A DNA stretch of 64,000 nt, from contig NW_024704742.1 of NCBI RefSeq assembly GCF_018977255.1, positions 91,514,001-91,578,000 of the forward strand. The letters run 5' to 3'. This document shows positions 1-55,600 of the stretch, in pieces. The first letter of the stretch is position 1. Every line of letters begins with the position of its first letter. A model generated the notes under the pieces. It ran no database searches and had not been told where the DNA came from. It worked only from the letters and a program-made list of their open reading frames with translations. This DNA is from Callorhinchus milii (lineage: Eukaryota). A program made the translations under genes and the position numbers.

Positions 1-218
1 TAAGTATTTTTCCAAATTAATGAAAATTGGCTTCAAAGTTATGACTGATTTCAACAGTTTGCTCTGAAAGGCTAAGAGAATAAAAACTGAAATGTTTGAA
101 ATCTGGAGAGGTGGAATTCAGCCCGTATATAATTGTGGGCTCACTGGTATCATATAAACTCCTGTCTCCTCGCATTCCACATGGTTACGTGAATGAAGTA
201 AAAGATTGCATCACTTAC

Positions 219-43623
<43,405 letters not shown>

Positions 43624-43868
43624 TGCTTGATCAAAGCTGTTTCCAATCACTATTTCACATCACCAGATCCTTCAGTCCTCAGCCCCTATTCCAGATCTTG
43701 TGAGTCACTTCGATGTGTGAGTCCACTGTCTCTCTGCAACACAATTCAAACACTGCAAATAATGCGACAATCAAATAGTTCAGAAAGTTTGCTGATTGTT
43801 CCTCAGCAGAGAGGAGAGCAGAGCAGAGCAGAGCAGTGCAAAGGCGGATTCAGGATTATTCAATGCCA

Positions 43869-43905
43869 GGGAGTCGGTGACTGTTCCTTTTTCCTGTTTC
43901 CTGTG
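43869..43905 (-). promoter_or_regulatory. TEK promoter/5' ETS cluster including a FOX:ETS-like motif
   Basis: Minus strand CCACAGGAAACAGGAAAAAGGAAC: three GGAA cores and AAACAGGAAA, about 260-280 bp upstream of the ATG. Confidence 0.7.
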
Positions 43906-44282
43906 GGAATGGAAGAGCAACAGCCTGAAGTTACACACCACACACACACACACACAACTGTACACTCTGGAAACCTTGAAACGACGTGATCAGCTGCAGA
44001 AAACTGCCAGAAAACCAACAAAACTGTCCTATCAAAAAAATCATGTTTTTTTTTAGCAACTGGTCAGATATGATTAAAGTTGATTCCTGTTATCTTAAGG
44101 AGCTTCTTAGAATTTTATCTCTTTCTTTTAAGGGAGGGTCACGTTTTTGCTCAAATAAACCTAGTTACCTACCCAGAGAACAGTAGTTACTTTGTAACAC
44201 CATAGACAAATGTCAATAAAGTATTATTTTACCCATACATTGGAATACTGAGTATTTATCAGGTACATTTTATCTTAGTTAT

Positions 44283-44636
44283 GGGTCAGCCTGGCTCAGT
44301 TGTTATTCTCACCTCTGAGTCAGAAGGTTGTGTGTTAAAGCCTCTACAGGACTTGAAGCTCATACAGTTTAGGCTGTGCTGTGCTCTGCATTGTTGCAAG
44401 TGCCATCCTTTAGATGAAACGTTAAAGACCCCATGGCATTATTCCAACCAGAGAAAAGAGTTTCTCTTTCCCAGTGTCCTGGTCAACAATTCCCCAAATA
44501 AAATTGGTCATTCAATTTTTGCCTCTATTCACTCATAAAATACACACAGTCACACTACTTTACAGCATATGTTTGAAGCACTCTTGAGAAATCTCAATAA
44601 ATCTCAATAAGGTGCTGTATCAAATGCAAGGATTAT
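44283..44636 (+). mobile_element. Old Deu-domain SINE (SacSINE1-like); related copies at about 44890-45140(-), 20430-20775(-), 46210-46500(-), 33810-34085(-), 22500-22800(-)
   Basis: Head GGGTCAGCC..GGCTCAGTTG..CTCTGAGTCAGAAGG and central GATGAAACGTTAAAGACCCCATGGCA; family name is from recall of the shark SINE consensus. Confidence 0.65.
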
Positions 44637-46684
44637 CAAATGCAAGACTACTTTACCTGTACTGTTTACATCTATATATAGTAAATACACAGTCACTACA
44701 CTTCACAGTGTATTCTGTCAAGCACTTTGAGACATCTCAAAGACGTGATAAAGTGCTATGTCAAATGCAAGGATTATTGTTGTTATGGTGTATGCCCTTA
44801 CTGGCCCAACATCGACTTGCCTGAGCCTTCTACATTCATGTTAGATGTGTTTTTGAATCCAATGTGGTAGTACAGCCTTAGTGAGAGACCAATTTTTATT
44901 TTGGGGATTGTTGGCCGGAACAAGCTCCCTTCTCTTTTAAAATAGTGCTGTGGGATCTTTAACATTCACCTGAACAGGCAGACGGGGTCTTGGTTTAGTG
45001 TCTTATCTGAAGAACGTACCTTCAACATTGAATTGAAATGTCAGCATAAACTATATGAATTCCAAGTCCTAACGTGGGGCTTGCACGCATAACCTTCTGA
45101 CCTAGAGACGAGAGTGCTACCAACTGAGCCAAGCTGACACAGAATGCACACATGCATCTTGTTGCATGGATAATACAAGTCAAAATACATGAGCAATGGT
45201 ACATGTGTTCACACAAACATAGCACAACTCTACCCAGGAGCACTTAGAGAACCAAGATGTAGTCTCTGCCACTTCAAACTACGCACAGTTATGACTCAGC
45301 AAACTGACATGTTTACAACACAGGATGCAAAAACATTACTGAGGAAGTTTCCTTCGTTGCTTCATTGCTGACTACAGCCATCTCCAGGGCAAACATCCGT
45401 CACTGAATTGGCCTCATGCTCACCATAACTCTCTCCTTTCTTCTCTTTCCTGATGTTTGAATAGAAGGCTGAATGGGCACAGTTAAGAAATAAGAAAAAT
45501 ACATTGTGGTTTTGGTTGAACTTTTAGTCAAATTCTTCAGAGGTGGATCCAGGTATTTGATTTGTTTTGCTGATAGCAGCTCTGCATTGACTGGAAACAT
45601 TGAGCGAATTATCAATAATCACATTTAAATCCTTTCCCTGTTCCACCTCCATAAGTGGCACCCCCACACATTGTGTAGATGTTTCCTTTTGAAATCTGTT
45701 ACCTTCATTGCCCGGCTACAAAGCTTGGTATCAACACCACACCAAGCTGGCCTCTCTCTTCACTTAGCGAACACAAGCCTTCTTCATGTCCCCCACTCTA
45801 TCAGCCACACCATTTCCAGATTGGCTTTCAACCATTCTCTGGAACTTTATCCTGGAGACCCTCTGATTTGTTCCCTCTCCCCCTTCGTTCAAAGCACAAC
45901 TCAAAACATTCCTCTGACCAAACCTTCATTCCCCTTCCTACCCACCTTGGCTCCTACCCCCAGATTAGGTACACATTTCGCAGCATCAATCACTTTGAGA
46001 CTTACTCCTGATTACAAGATGCTATATAAATGCAACTTGTATCGAGAGCAATATTTAATATTTATTTTTGGTGAATATTTGTTAAAACCTTATAATAATA
46101 ATAATAATAATAAACATAGCACATAAAACAAATAATAATAAACCATTCATTGGATATAGCACCTTTCACATGCTATAAGGGAGGACATCTCAAAGTGCTT
46201 CAAGGATTTACAACAACTTGCATTTATATAGTGCCTTTCATGTCGGGTGGCGTCTCAGAGCACTTACTGTGAAGTGTAGTGACTGCGTAATTTGTAGGTG
46301 AAAGTGGCAGTCAATTTGTGCACAGCAAGGTCCCACAAACAGCCATGAAGTCAATGACCAATTTTACTTGGGGGACTGTTGATCAGGATGCCTCATCTCC
46401 TCAGGCTGTACTGGAGTGTCAAAATTGATCATGAGTTCAAAGTCCCCCTACAGAACTTCAACCCATACTTTCTGACCTAGAGGCGAGAATCAGGCACGTG
46501 TCAGCCTGACTCAGTTAGAGCACACTTGCCTTTTACTAGTGAATTCTGGATGTATTAGTCAAAGTCCTTAGACACAGCTTCAATATAAACCTGCTCTCCT
46601 TTTCTCATTTTCCTTGGAAATAGATACAGATACATAAAAAGCATAGATGGGGAAAAGATTCCATCTGGGTCCAAATTCACTCTA

Positions 46685-46716
<32 letters not shown>

Positions 46717-48472
46717 TATATACCTTTTTAGAGCATCCAGGACTTGGCAAATTGATGAATTCAGTTTTCTTTGAAGTTGTTTTTCTGAAGTTGATCTTAA
46801 AATAACTTACCAAAACATGGTTTCAAATGAAGAATTTAAGCGCTCTAAAATGCTATACAGGTAGAGTAAATATAAGCCCAGGTGGAATTTTCCACAAGAC
46901 TGTTTGTTCTAAAAAGACCATTACACTACCAGAGCCGTTCATTTTTAAATGGTACTGTGCTCAAACTCCCTCCCCGCGCCCCCAGTCTTCCCTCCTTAAT
47001 TCCAGCACATTCTATTTCCCTCTTGAAATTGTCAACACTATCTGCTTTCATTGCTTATGTGGTTAAAGTAGATAAATCTAAATTTACAGTTCACCTTTCG
47101 ACTGTGACCTTATCTTGTGGACCTCTTGACTACATTAAGCATGATAATGTTTACCGAAGCTTTAGTAAGATCACCCCTTAAATTTTCTCCTCTCGAATAT
47201 AAAAAGTTTTTTGTACAGACTCTCTTTTTGAGCTCAAGTACCTAATCCTTATATCAACTGAATTGTTGTCCTGTCTTCAATGTCAGAGTGCCCTATTATA
47301 GTATGAACACTGGAATTATACACAGTAGAGATGGGATTGGGAATTTTTTGTATTAACCCACTATTAGGTGCTGTTATGTATGCTCTAGTTTTGCTTTTTA
47401 TATACTTTATCAGCAATTTCAATACAATTTCCTTGTTTATGACTGTGAGAATTTACTGTTTGGAATATATTTCCATTGTTTATTTTCTTGTCCAGTTTCA
47501 TGAATTTACAGTTATCCACATTAAACAACTTCTGACACTTATCAGCCTAACTATTTAATATATCTAGATGTGTCTATTCTGTCCATATGTTCTTTATTAT
47601 GAGCAACCCACCAAATCTGTTATCATCAGCAAACTTGATCATTTTTGTTTCTGTTCCTACCTCCAAGTCATTTATGTGCACTGTAAACAATGGAGTGCAC
47701 AGCGGTGAACCCCCAGAGACATCCTGCTAGTCACTGCCTTCCAATATGGAGCTCCATCAACAACTACTCTGCCAATTTTTCATCCACTTTAGAAGTTCTC
47801 CCTCCTCCAATTCTACCCTTGCAGAGCAATCACTCACAAATCACTGTGATGAAGACACTGTCTACTCACAGTGAAGAATCAATGACCTCTTTATTTACAC
47901 CATCAAATACAATACCAAATATTGGTTGCAAAAGGTATGTAATAAAATATTAGATCACTTTCACTCACTTACTAGCTATGAAACAAATTTTCTTATACGT
48001 TTGTTTTGCCTCAGCATATTAAATGCAGGGATTACTCGTAGCCAAGCAAATCGGTATCACTACATTTATTGTGATGGGCGAATTGGGAGGACTGTCCCCC
48101 TGGTGTTCTGCTTTGTTATGGGGAATTCTACAATTTCCTCAGTGATGTATCAGTCTTTTTATTATCAGTTGTAATGCAACAAGGACCAATTATTTGTTAT
48201 ATTTAAATTGCAGCAAAATATCAGACAGTTCATATGGTCATCAAAACCAGAAAAAGGTTCAGGTGTTTACTGATAACACAGACATAATTTCTCATATGCA
48301 TACCCAAACTGGGGGCTGCAACAGAAATCTGCCATGTAAGATTCTGATGCCAACTCAGTCCTTTTACCATATGTTTAAAGAATTGGGAATCTAACTGAAG
48401 AGCAGTGTTTACATAAGATCTTGGTGAAGAGCTCTCGTAAAAATTGTTGAAGCCTACCTTATGCATCAATTT

Positions 48473-48656
48473 ATAATAATAATAATAATAATAATCCTTG
48501 CATTTGATATAGCGCTTTTCACATCTTCTAGATGTCCCAAAGCGCTTCACAGAATATACTGTAAAGTGAATTGACTGTATATTTGTGGGCGAACGCGGCA
48601 CCCAATTGCGCACAGCAGTGTCCCACAAACAGTCGTGGATTGAAAATGACCAATTT
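48473..48656 (-). mobile_element. Young SINE 3' half
   Basis: Tail and body match the family. Confidence 0.88.
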
Positions 48657-49924
48657 AGCAACCTTATTATATTTAACTCACTGAATGGTCAATTGCATGC
48701 TGGCGACAGACTGCTCCTCTCTTCAACATCTTTTTCAATAAACACACCAAGAAACTGGCCATGCACTGAACTTCTGGTTCATGGCATTGGACTGTTAGTA
48801 GCCTAATCAGCCTAACCAACCAAAACAATCAAGTAAAACTGATATACCACTAACTAGCAGTCTATTATGCAACATAGGGATAAAGGAGATGGTAAGGGAG
48901 GGGATACCACCTTCACACAAGTAGAAGTCAATGATTGTGTTAAATATCATATAGTTGCTGATTTAAATATGTTAACTAAAAACATTGTAATTTGAAGCCA
49001 ATGAGAAGGATGTTGGAGGCAGAGGGAGCGGTCTGACCCAATGTTCCTCCGATGTTTTTCATCAGACAGATTGGGTATAATTATGGATTCGTCTCAGCAG
49101 ATTCAAGAGAGAATTGGATAAACAAAGAAATCACTTGAGGGGAATGTGAGAAATAGTAGTGCACAGCCATTTTAGTTTGGAGCCAGCTAGATGGGTGTCT
49201 GTTATGGATTTCACATTCTTTCACTGAAATCCAACCTTCACAAACAAAGATATTGGCAGTCATGTACTTAACTGTGAAATGACTTACCCAAATCAACACC
49301 AACTTTTCCATCTAATTTGTGAAGCTTTTAGGAATAAAAAAGCTGGAGGGAGCAAATAACTTTCTTTGTGACGACAATAGCTGTTGAGAAGAAAAAAATA
49401 AATGAAAGGGTACTCAAAAGTGTGAGGGCAGTTATACAGTAAGGTTAATTGGGAGGGAGGGGTGGAAGGGTGGGGTTGGTTGAGCAGGGTCTCTTTTGGA
49501 CTGAGTTGGCTCCAAGATGACGGACCTAGCAATACATTAATGGAATTAAATCAATCCTCTATGGCGGTCTCAGTAGTCTGATATGTGATGCAGGCAGGTC
49601 TGTAGTACTTACTCCAAGGTTCTGTTGATTATGGACCAGCCTGCCTAGCTCCTTAACAGGTCTCGGAGGAACACATTAATCGCTGACAGCTAGGATTCTT
49701 TCCATTCGGCTCCTGTTAATTTTGTAAGCCGAAGCCCTAACAAGTCCAGTTATCCTAGCTGAACAAGAAGATCATCAGTGTGAACAATGATATGCTGCAT
49801 GGTTTTAGTTGATTAAACTCCAGCATTAACACATTGCACTGGGTTCTCCAACCTTTGACTCCTACCAACCTGCGCCTAAATTCTCTGGAATTCAGTAAGC
49901 AGGGTGTGTTCCTCCAGGAGAGAA

Positions 49925-50245
49925 ATAATAATAATAATAATAATCCATGCATTTGATATAGGGCTTTTCACGTCTTCTAGACGTCTCAAAGCACTTCACA
50001 GAATATGCTGTAAAGTGAATTGACTATGTTTGTGGAGGAAACGCGGCAGCCAATTTCGCGCAGCAGTGTCCCACAAACAGTCGTGGATTGAAAATGACCA
50101 ATTTATTATTGTTTTGTTTTTGGAGGGATTATTATTTGGCGTGTGGAGTAAGGAAACTTGCCCAAGGTTTCGCCCTGCCTGGAATTGAACCCAGGTGTCT
50201 CGCTTGCAAGGCAAGTGCTCTAACCACTGAGCTACAGGGCTCCAC
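49925..50245 (-). mobile_element. tRNA-Ala SINE, full length
   Basis: Head, body and tail present. Confidence 0.92.
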
Positions 50246-51523
50246 AAAATGCACACTCCAGAAAGGGCACACTCCCCACCAGACAGACAGAAACATATGT
50301 GGAACTTTTAGTCATTGATGTAGAGACTCTCAAGCTTGCTGCTGGTTTTCTGTGAAAATCAGAAACCTAATTGACCCCCAAAAAATATAGTGAAGGAAGA
50401 AAGCTTACCTAACTTCTAAAGGATGGAACTTATTAAAATGAACCGTTACTGGTGAGGTTTCTACAGTAAATGATAGCCCTACTATATTTAATGTAGAATT
50501 GTGGAAGGTAGGGTATAATTAATAAATAAATGCATTATTAAATATTTATTGAAGAGTCAAACATTTTTTAGCATCTATACAATTTATTTGCAAGGCACAA
50601 GAAGGTTCTGTAAACAAACTGAGCAAGGTAATTGGACTTATAATGTAGCAAGAAAAAAAAAGGGCCAGATTGCTTTTGCTAGGAATCAATCTTTTGGGGA
50701 TCTGAATTTTTTAGGCATTTATGTACATTTTTATTCTGTTTAGTTTGACTAAACATTTGTCCTTCTAAGCCTATGAATATAACTTTTAACAAAACGTTGT
50801 GATCATAAACATGGATAAATATTTTCAGGTCTATATTTTGTGACTAGTTTGAACATTATTTTTTCATTCTTAACAGTTTACCATGTATCATGACTTTTTA
50901 TTGTTAAGCATTGTGCCATAGGACAGCTGGAATCAGTACCCAACACTCAGGATTAACTACTGACGAGGTGGGACGTGGGGAAGGAAATCCTGCACTGACA
51001 TATTGCTAATGTCAAGACGTGCAGGCTAAGCCCCCTACCCGGTACACTAGAAAATAATTTGGGAAAAGGGTGTGAGAGAATCCTTCTACAATGTAATTTA
51101 AAATTACTTTTAAAAACAGTGACCAGAATTTTCTAATTATGCTTATTGACCTTCTTAAGCATAGTTCAGAGCACAATCTATCAGGCAAAAAAAAATAATT
51201 TACAACATTTGTAGGATCATACAACAAATTCCAATTCAGAATAGACTGTTCAAAGTAATACAATCAAGATGGGATAATTTATGGGTCTACATAAATATCT
51301 TACACTTGAAATAAAAAATAAGGTTGAGACTCAAAGTACTTGATTCACTGATAACCTTCATTACATACGATGTGAATTTTAACTGAAGAATTCAAATTGC
51401 CCTTCATGTTTCTCAGGTTGCAGGATGGTTGTAAAAAGAATGCAAGAAATGTATGGTTCAATTCATAGATGCTCAAAAATATTGATTGCTGGTAGATTTC
51501 TGGGTGTCGACTAAGGAATATAA

Positions 51524-51834
51524 ATAATAAAAATAATAATAATCCTTGCATTTGATATACCGGTTATCACGTCTTCTAGATGTCTCAGATCACTTCACAG
51601 AATATACTGTAAAGTAAATTGACTGTATATTTGTGGGTGAAACGCAGCAGCAAATTGCACACAGCAGCTTCCCACAAACAGTCGTGGATTGAAGTCACCA
51701 ATTTCTTATTTTTTTCTTGAGGGATTATTATCAGGCAGGTGGAAACTTGCCCAAGGTTTTGCCCTGCCGGGAATCGAACCCAGGTTTCTCGCTTGCGAGG
51801 CAAGTGCTCTAACCACTGAGCTACAGGAATCCAC
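51524..51834 (-). mobile_element. tRNA-Ala SINE, full length, more diverged
   Basis: Head with canonical B box GTTCGATTC, body and tail present. Confidence 0.9.
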
Positions 51835-52368
51835 ATATAGGATATGGTGAAAGGGCAGGTAAATGGGACTGAAAAGATTGCTTTGGGACCTCCTCCCGAC
51901 ATGAAAGGCGCTCTATAAATGTAATTTTGTTGGTGTTGCAAAAGAGCAGGCACAGGCATGATGGGCCGAATGGCCTTCTTCTGTGCTGTAAATTCGAATG
52001 GTTCTATGGTAACGGTCGTCTCTTACGGTTATGATGGCTCCAACAATTTCTTCCAAAGAATTTCATGAATATGTTTTACTTTCAACTGAAACAGACGCAG
52101 TTTAGATTGACTTTTGCTGAAATGGTTTATTGGATAAGACTTGTCATTGTGCTCACATATCTTGTACTCTCTGAATGGTACTTCCCAGATTTACAAGAAT
52201 GCTTGAAGTAGCTGATGTGGTAAAGACATCCAGTTCTACTGTACTGAAAGCAAAATATTTAACCCGGCTGGCTAATACATATCTGCACTAAATACATGTC
52301 ACCTGCATAACATCAAATACTTCTTAAAGCAAAAATTGAAAACAACAACTCTGTAATGTGAAAAAAAG

Positions 52369-52374
52369 TTTATT
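52369..52374 (-). terminator. Candidate IFT74 polyadenylation signal AATAAA (second candidate at 52126-52131)
   Basis: First AATAAA I found on the minus strand after the stop, about 130 nt downstream. Confidence 0.5.
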
Positions 52375-52504
52375 CCACCATGAAATAAATGTAACAAGAA
52401 CAATGTGAGTTTATACTGGTATGGAAATTTCTCATTGGTATGTTAAAAGAAATTGAAATGAGTCACTTCAATATCCTTCCAGATTAGTCATGAAAGAGTC
52501 CATG

Positions 52505-52620
52505 TCAGTTCCTGGAGTTCTGAAGGCCTTCTTGCAGTACTTTGTTGTACTCAGCAAGTTGTTTTGTCACATTCTTCACAATTGGCCGGTAGTCACTCTC
52601 CATACCCTTTGTGGCTATGA
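52505..52620 (-). CDS. IFT74: IFT74 last coding exon ([37 protein letters not shown])
   Basis: Manual translation, TGA at 52505-52507. Confidence 0.94.
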
Positions 52621-55600
52621 CTGATGACCAGAGTTAAGGAAATGACAAAAAGAATCAATGTCTCCTGAGAACGAAACAGATTACGTGTGAAAAAGAAAAG
52701 GAATTGTACTATGTACTACATACTGTATCACAAACACTTTATTGACGAAACACCAAGTATTTCCACAATTTCGCTGAGGATCAGACATTGGTCGATATTA
52801 GAATAACCAAATCCTTTCTAAAACCTCAGGTCAGTGCTTGTCAAATATTTAGATTGATTGTGTGATATAATTTCAGTCTCCAATAAGCATCTAAAAAAAC
52901 TAAAACCCAGAGATGTGCTCAATGGACAAATGCACATTATACTTAACTTACTGTTTAAGACACATTTCCTTTGATGGTGTTAGTGGAGATTTGTTAGTTT
53001 CTAAGATGTCCATTTGGATTAAAGTTAAATATTTTACCTTTAAAAGTTGCGCAAGATTATTGTACTGTACCTCTGTAAATTTGTTTACCCAAACAGGACC
53101 TTAATTTAGAAACTATAAAGTAATCTAATACCAGAATCAAATTCTTAAACTATCTGCATTGTATATAAATATAAACCAATCCAATTTTCATAAACCATTA
53201 GGATGCAACTTGTTTAAAAACGAATTAAACATCCATTGACAAAATGCAAAATACTGCAGATGCTAGAAATTAGAAACAAAAACAGAATTCGCTAGGAACA
53301 CTCAGGAGGTCAGGCAGCATCTATGGAGAAAGGAAAGTTAGTCAGTGTTTTGGTTCCACAACCCTTCAGCAGAACTGGGGCATGTTGGGAGGGAGAGGCT
53401 TTTAAGGGCTAACAAAGAGGGGGAAGACAGGGCAAAGAAGACACAGGGTAAATGGGGTAGAGGACAGGGGATGATGGGTTAAAGATGTGTTAATGTGATG
53501 CAAAACAAATGGGGGGATTACAACAAAGCAGGGGAATAGAGGTGTTAATAATGCATAAGGGGGAAAAATGCAACAAAATAGGCAGAGGAGAGGGAGGAAT
53601 TGTGTGTCTGGGACCCAGATGATGTGGTAATGGTTACAGAAGAGGGGGAGAGGGAAGATGAGCTCTTGTGGTCTGAAATTGTTGAAATCAATATTGAGGC
53701 CAGTGGGCTGTAAGGTCCCTAGCAGATAAATAATAATAATAATCCTTGCATTTGATATAGCGCTTTTCAAGTCTTCTAGATGTCCCAAAGCGCTTCACAG
53801 AATATACTGTAAAGTGAATTGACTGTATATTTGTGGGCGAACGCGGCAGCCAATTGCACACAGCAGTGTCCCACAGTCATGGATTGAAAATGACCAATTT
53901 ATTATTGTTTTTTGTTTTGGAGGGATTATTATTAGGCTCTGTGTGGAGTAAGGAATCCTTGCATTTGAATCTGACCATCGTGGAGTCCTGTTGCTCAGTG
54001 TTTAGAGCACTCGCTTTGCAAGCGAGAGATCTGATTTCAATTCCAGGCAGAGGGCGAAACCTTGGGCAAGTTTCCTTACTCCACACAGAGCCTAATAATA
54101 ATCCCTCCAAAAAAACAATAATAAATTGGTCATTTTCAATCCACGACTGTTTGTGGGACATTGCTGTGCGCAATTGGCTGCCGCGTTCGCCCACAAATAT
54201 ACAGTCAATTCACTTTACAGTGTGTTCTGTGAAGCGCTTTGGGACGTCCTCCCAACGTGAAAAGCGCTATATCAAATGCAAGGATTATTATTATTATTAA
54301 GGAAACTTGCCCAAGGTTTCGCCCTGCCTGGAATTGAACTCAGGTCTCTCGCTTGCAAAGTGCTCTAACCACTGAGCTACAGGACTCCACGAGGTGCTGT
54401 TCCTCGAGCTTGCGCTGTGGCTCACTGGAACGGCGTAGGAGACTGTGGATGGAGAGGTCAGAGTGCGAGGGAGAGGGTGTGTTGAAATGGCAAGAAACCG
54501 GAAGATCAGGATTGTACTTTGTTTTGCACCATTAACACCTCTTTAACCAATCATCCCATCCCCTACCCCATTTTCTCCTTTGTCTTCCTTGCTCTGACTC
54601 CCCCCTCTCCGTTAGCCCTTAAAAACTCTCCCTCCCAACATGTCCCAGTTCTGACGAAGGCTCGTGGACCCGAAACTTTGACTCACTTTCCTTTCTCCAT
54701 AGATGCTGCCTGATCTGCTGAATGTTTCCAGCGACTTCTGTTTTTGTTAAACATCAATTGATTTGTTCTTTTAATTAAAGTCCTAACACGTTTATATATG
54801 CCAGAGCAAACAGAAAGGATTGTACAAGTATAAAGGATTTGGAACAGCCAACAAAGTCATCCGCAACATTTCTGAGTGACTGAGAGGGAAAAACATCACA
54901 AGTTTAGAAAAATAAAAATAGACACATCACTTCAATCAAATAATATAGAACATACAAAATTGATTAGACAATGGTAGTACAAAATAAACAATTAGAAAGT
55001 TGCCTGGAATTTTTCAAATGGCATGAAAGTGATGATTTCAGATCTTTTGGTATAAAGACATAGAAGTCATCTTGTTTTCGTTGAAGGGGCTAAATCGTGT
55101 GTGGAGAACATATTAACAATATGTAGAACAAAGAATGTTTAGCTCTTGCTGGGAAGGAAATGACAGGATCATTCTGTGAAGCGCTTTGAGACGTCGAGAA
55201 GACATGAAAAGCGCTATATCAAATGCAAGGATTATATATTATATATTTATTATATATCAGGTTTAGGGACTTCACAATTTTAGGAGCTGTACAACGTATT
55301 GAAGTGAAAGGAAAATCAAATGGATAAGAGATAAGCATGCAGCCTTCATGTTTAGCATCTGTCCTGTACCTTACAACTCAACCTCCCAAATCTGCATCTT
55401 AAATTATCTTAAAGCATAGTTTGGCATTACTTTAAAAAAGTGTGGCTCATTCTAAACTTCCATTAACAATAATATTTGCGAATGCTTTCAGTATATGATT
55501 CCCAATGTGTGGCTTGAACCCACAACCTTCTATCTCAGAGGCAAAAGTGCTATGACTGAGCCAGGCTGACACAAGGTGGGGGTGGGGGTTTGGGGAAGAA

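Larger units (their letters stand above)
53245..54750 (-). mobile_element. Penelope-like element 3' fragment with an inverted terminal copy, interrupted by SINEs
   Basis: Joined minus-strand frame [14 protein letters not shown]...[28 protein letters not shown] resembles the PLE GIY-YIG C-terminus; about 53270-53510 and 54515-54750 are inverted repeats. Confidence 0.8.

Noticed and set aside
43627..44186. Plus-strand ORFs antisense to the TEK 5' region
   Set aside because: They run through (CAGAG)n and (CA)n simple repeats and show no protein-like signal.
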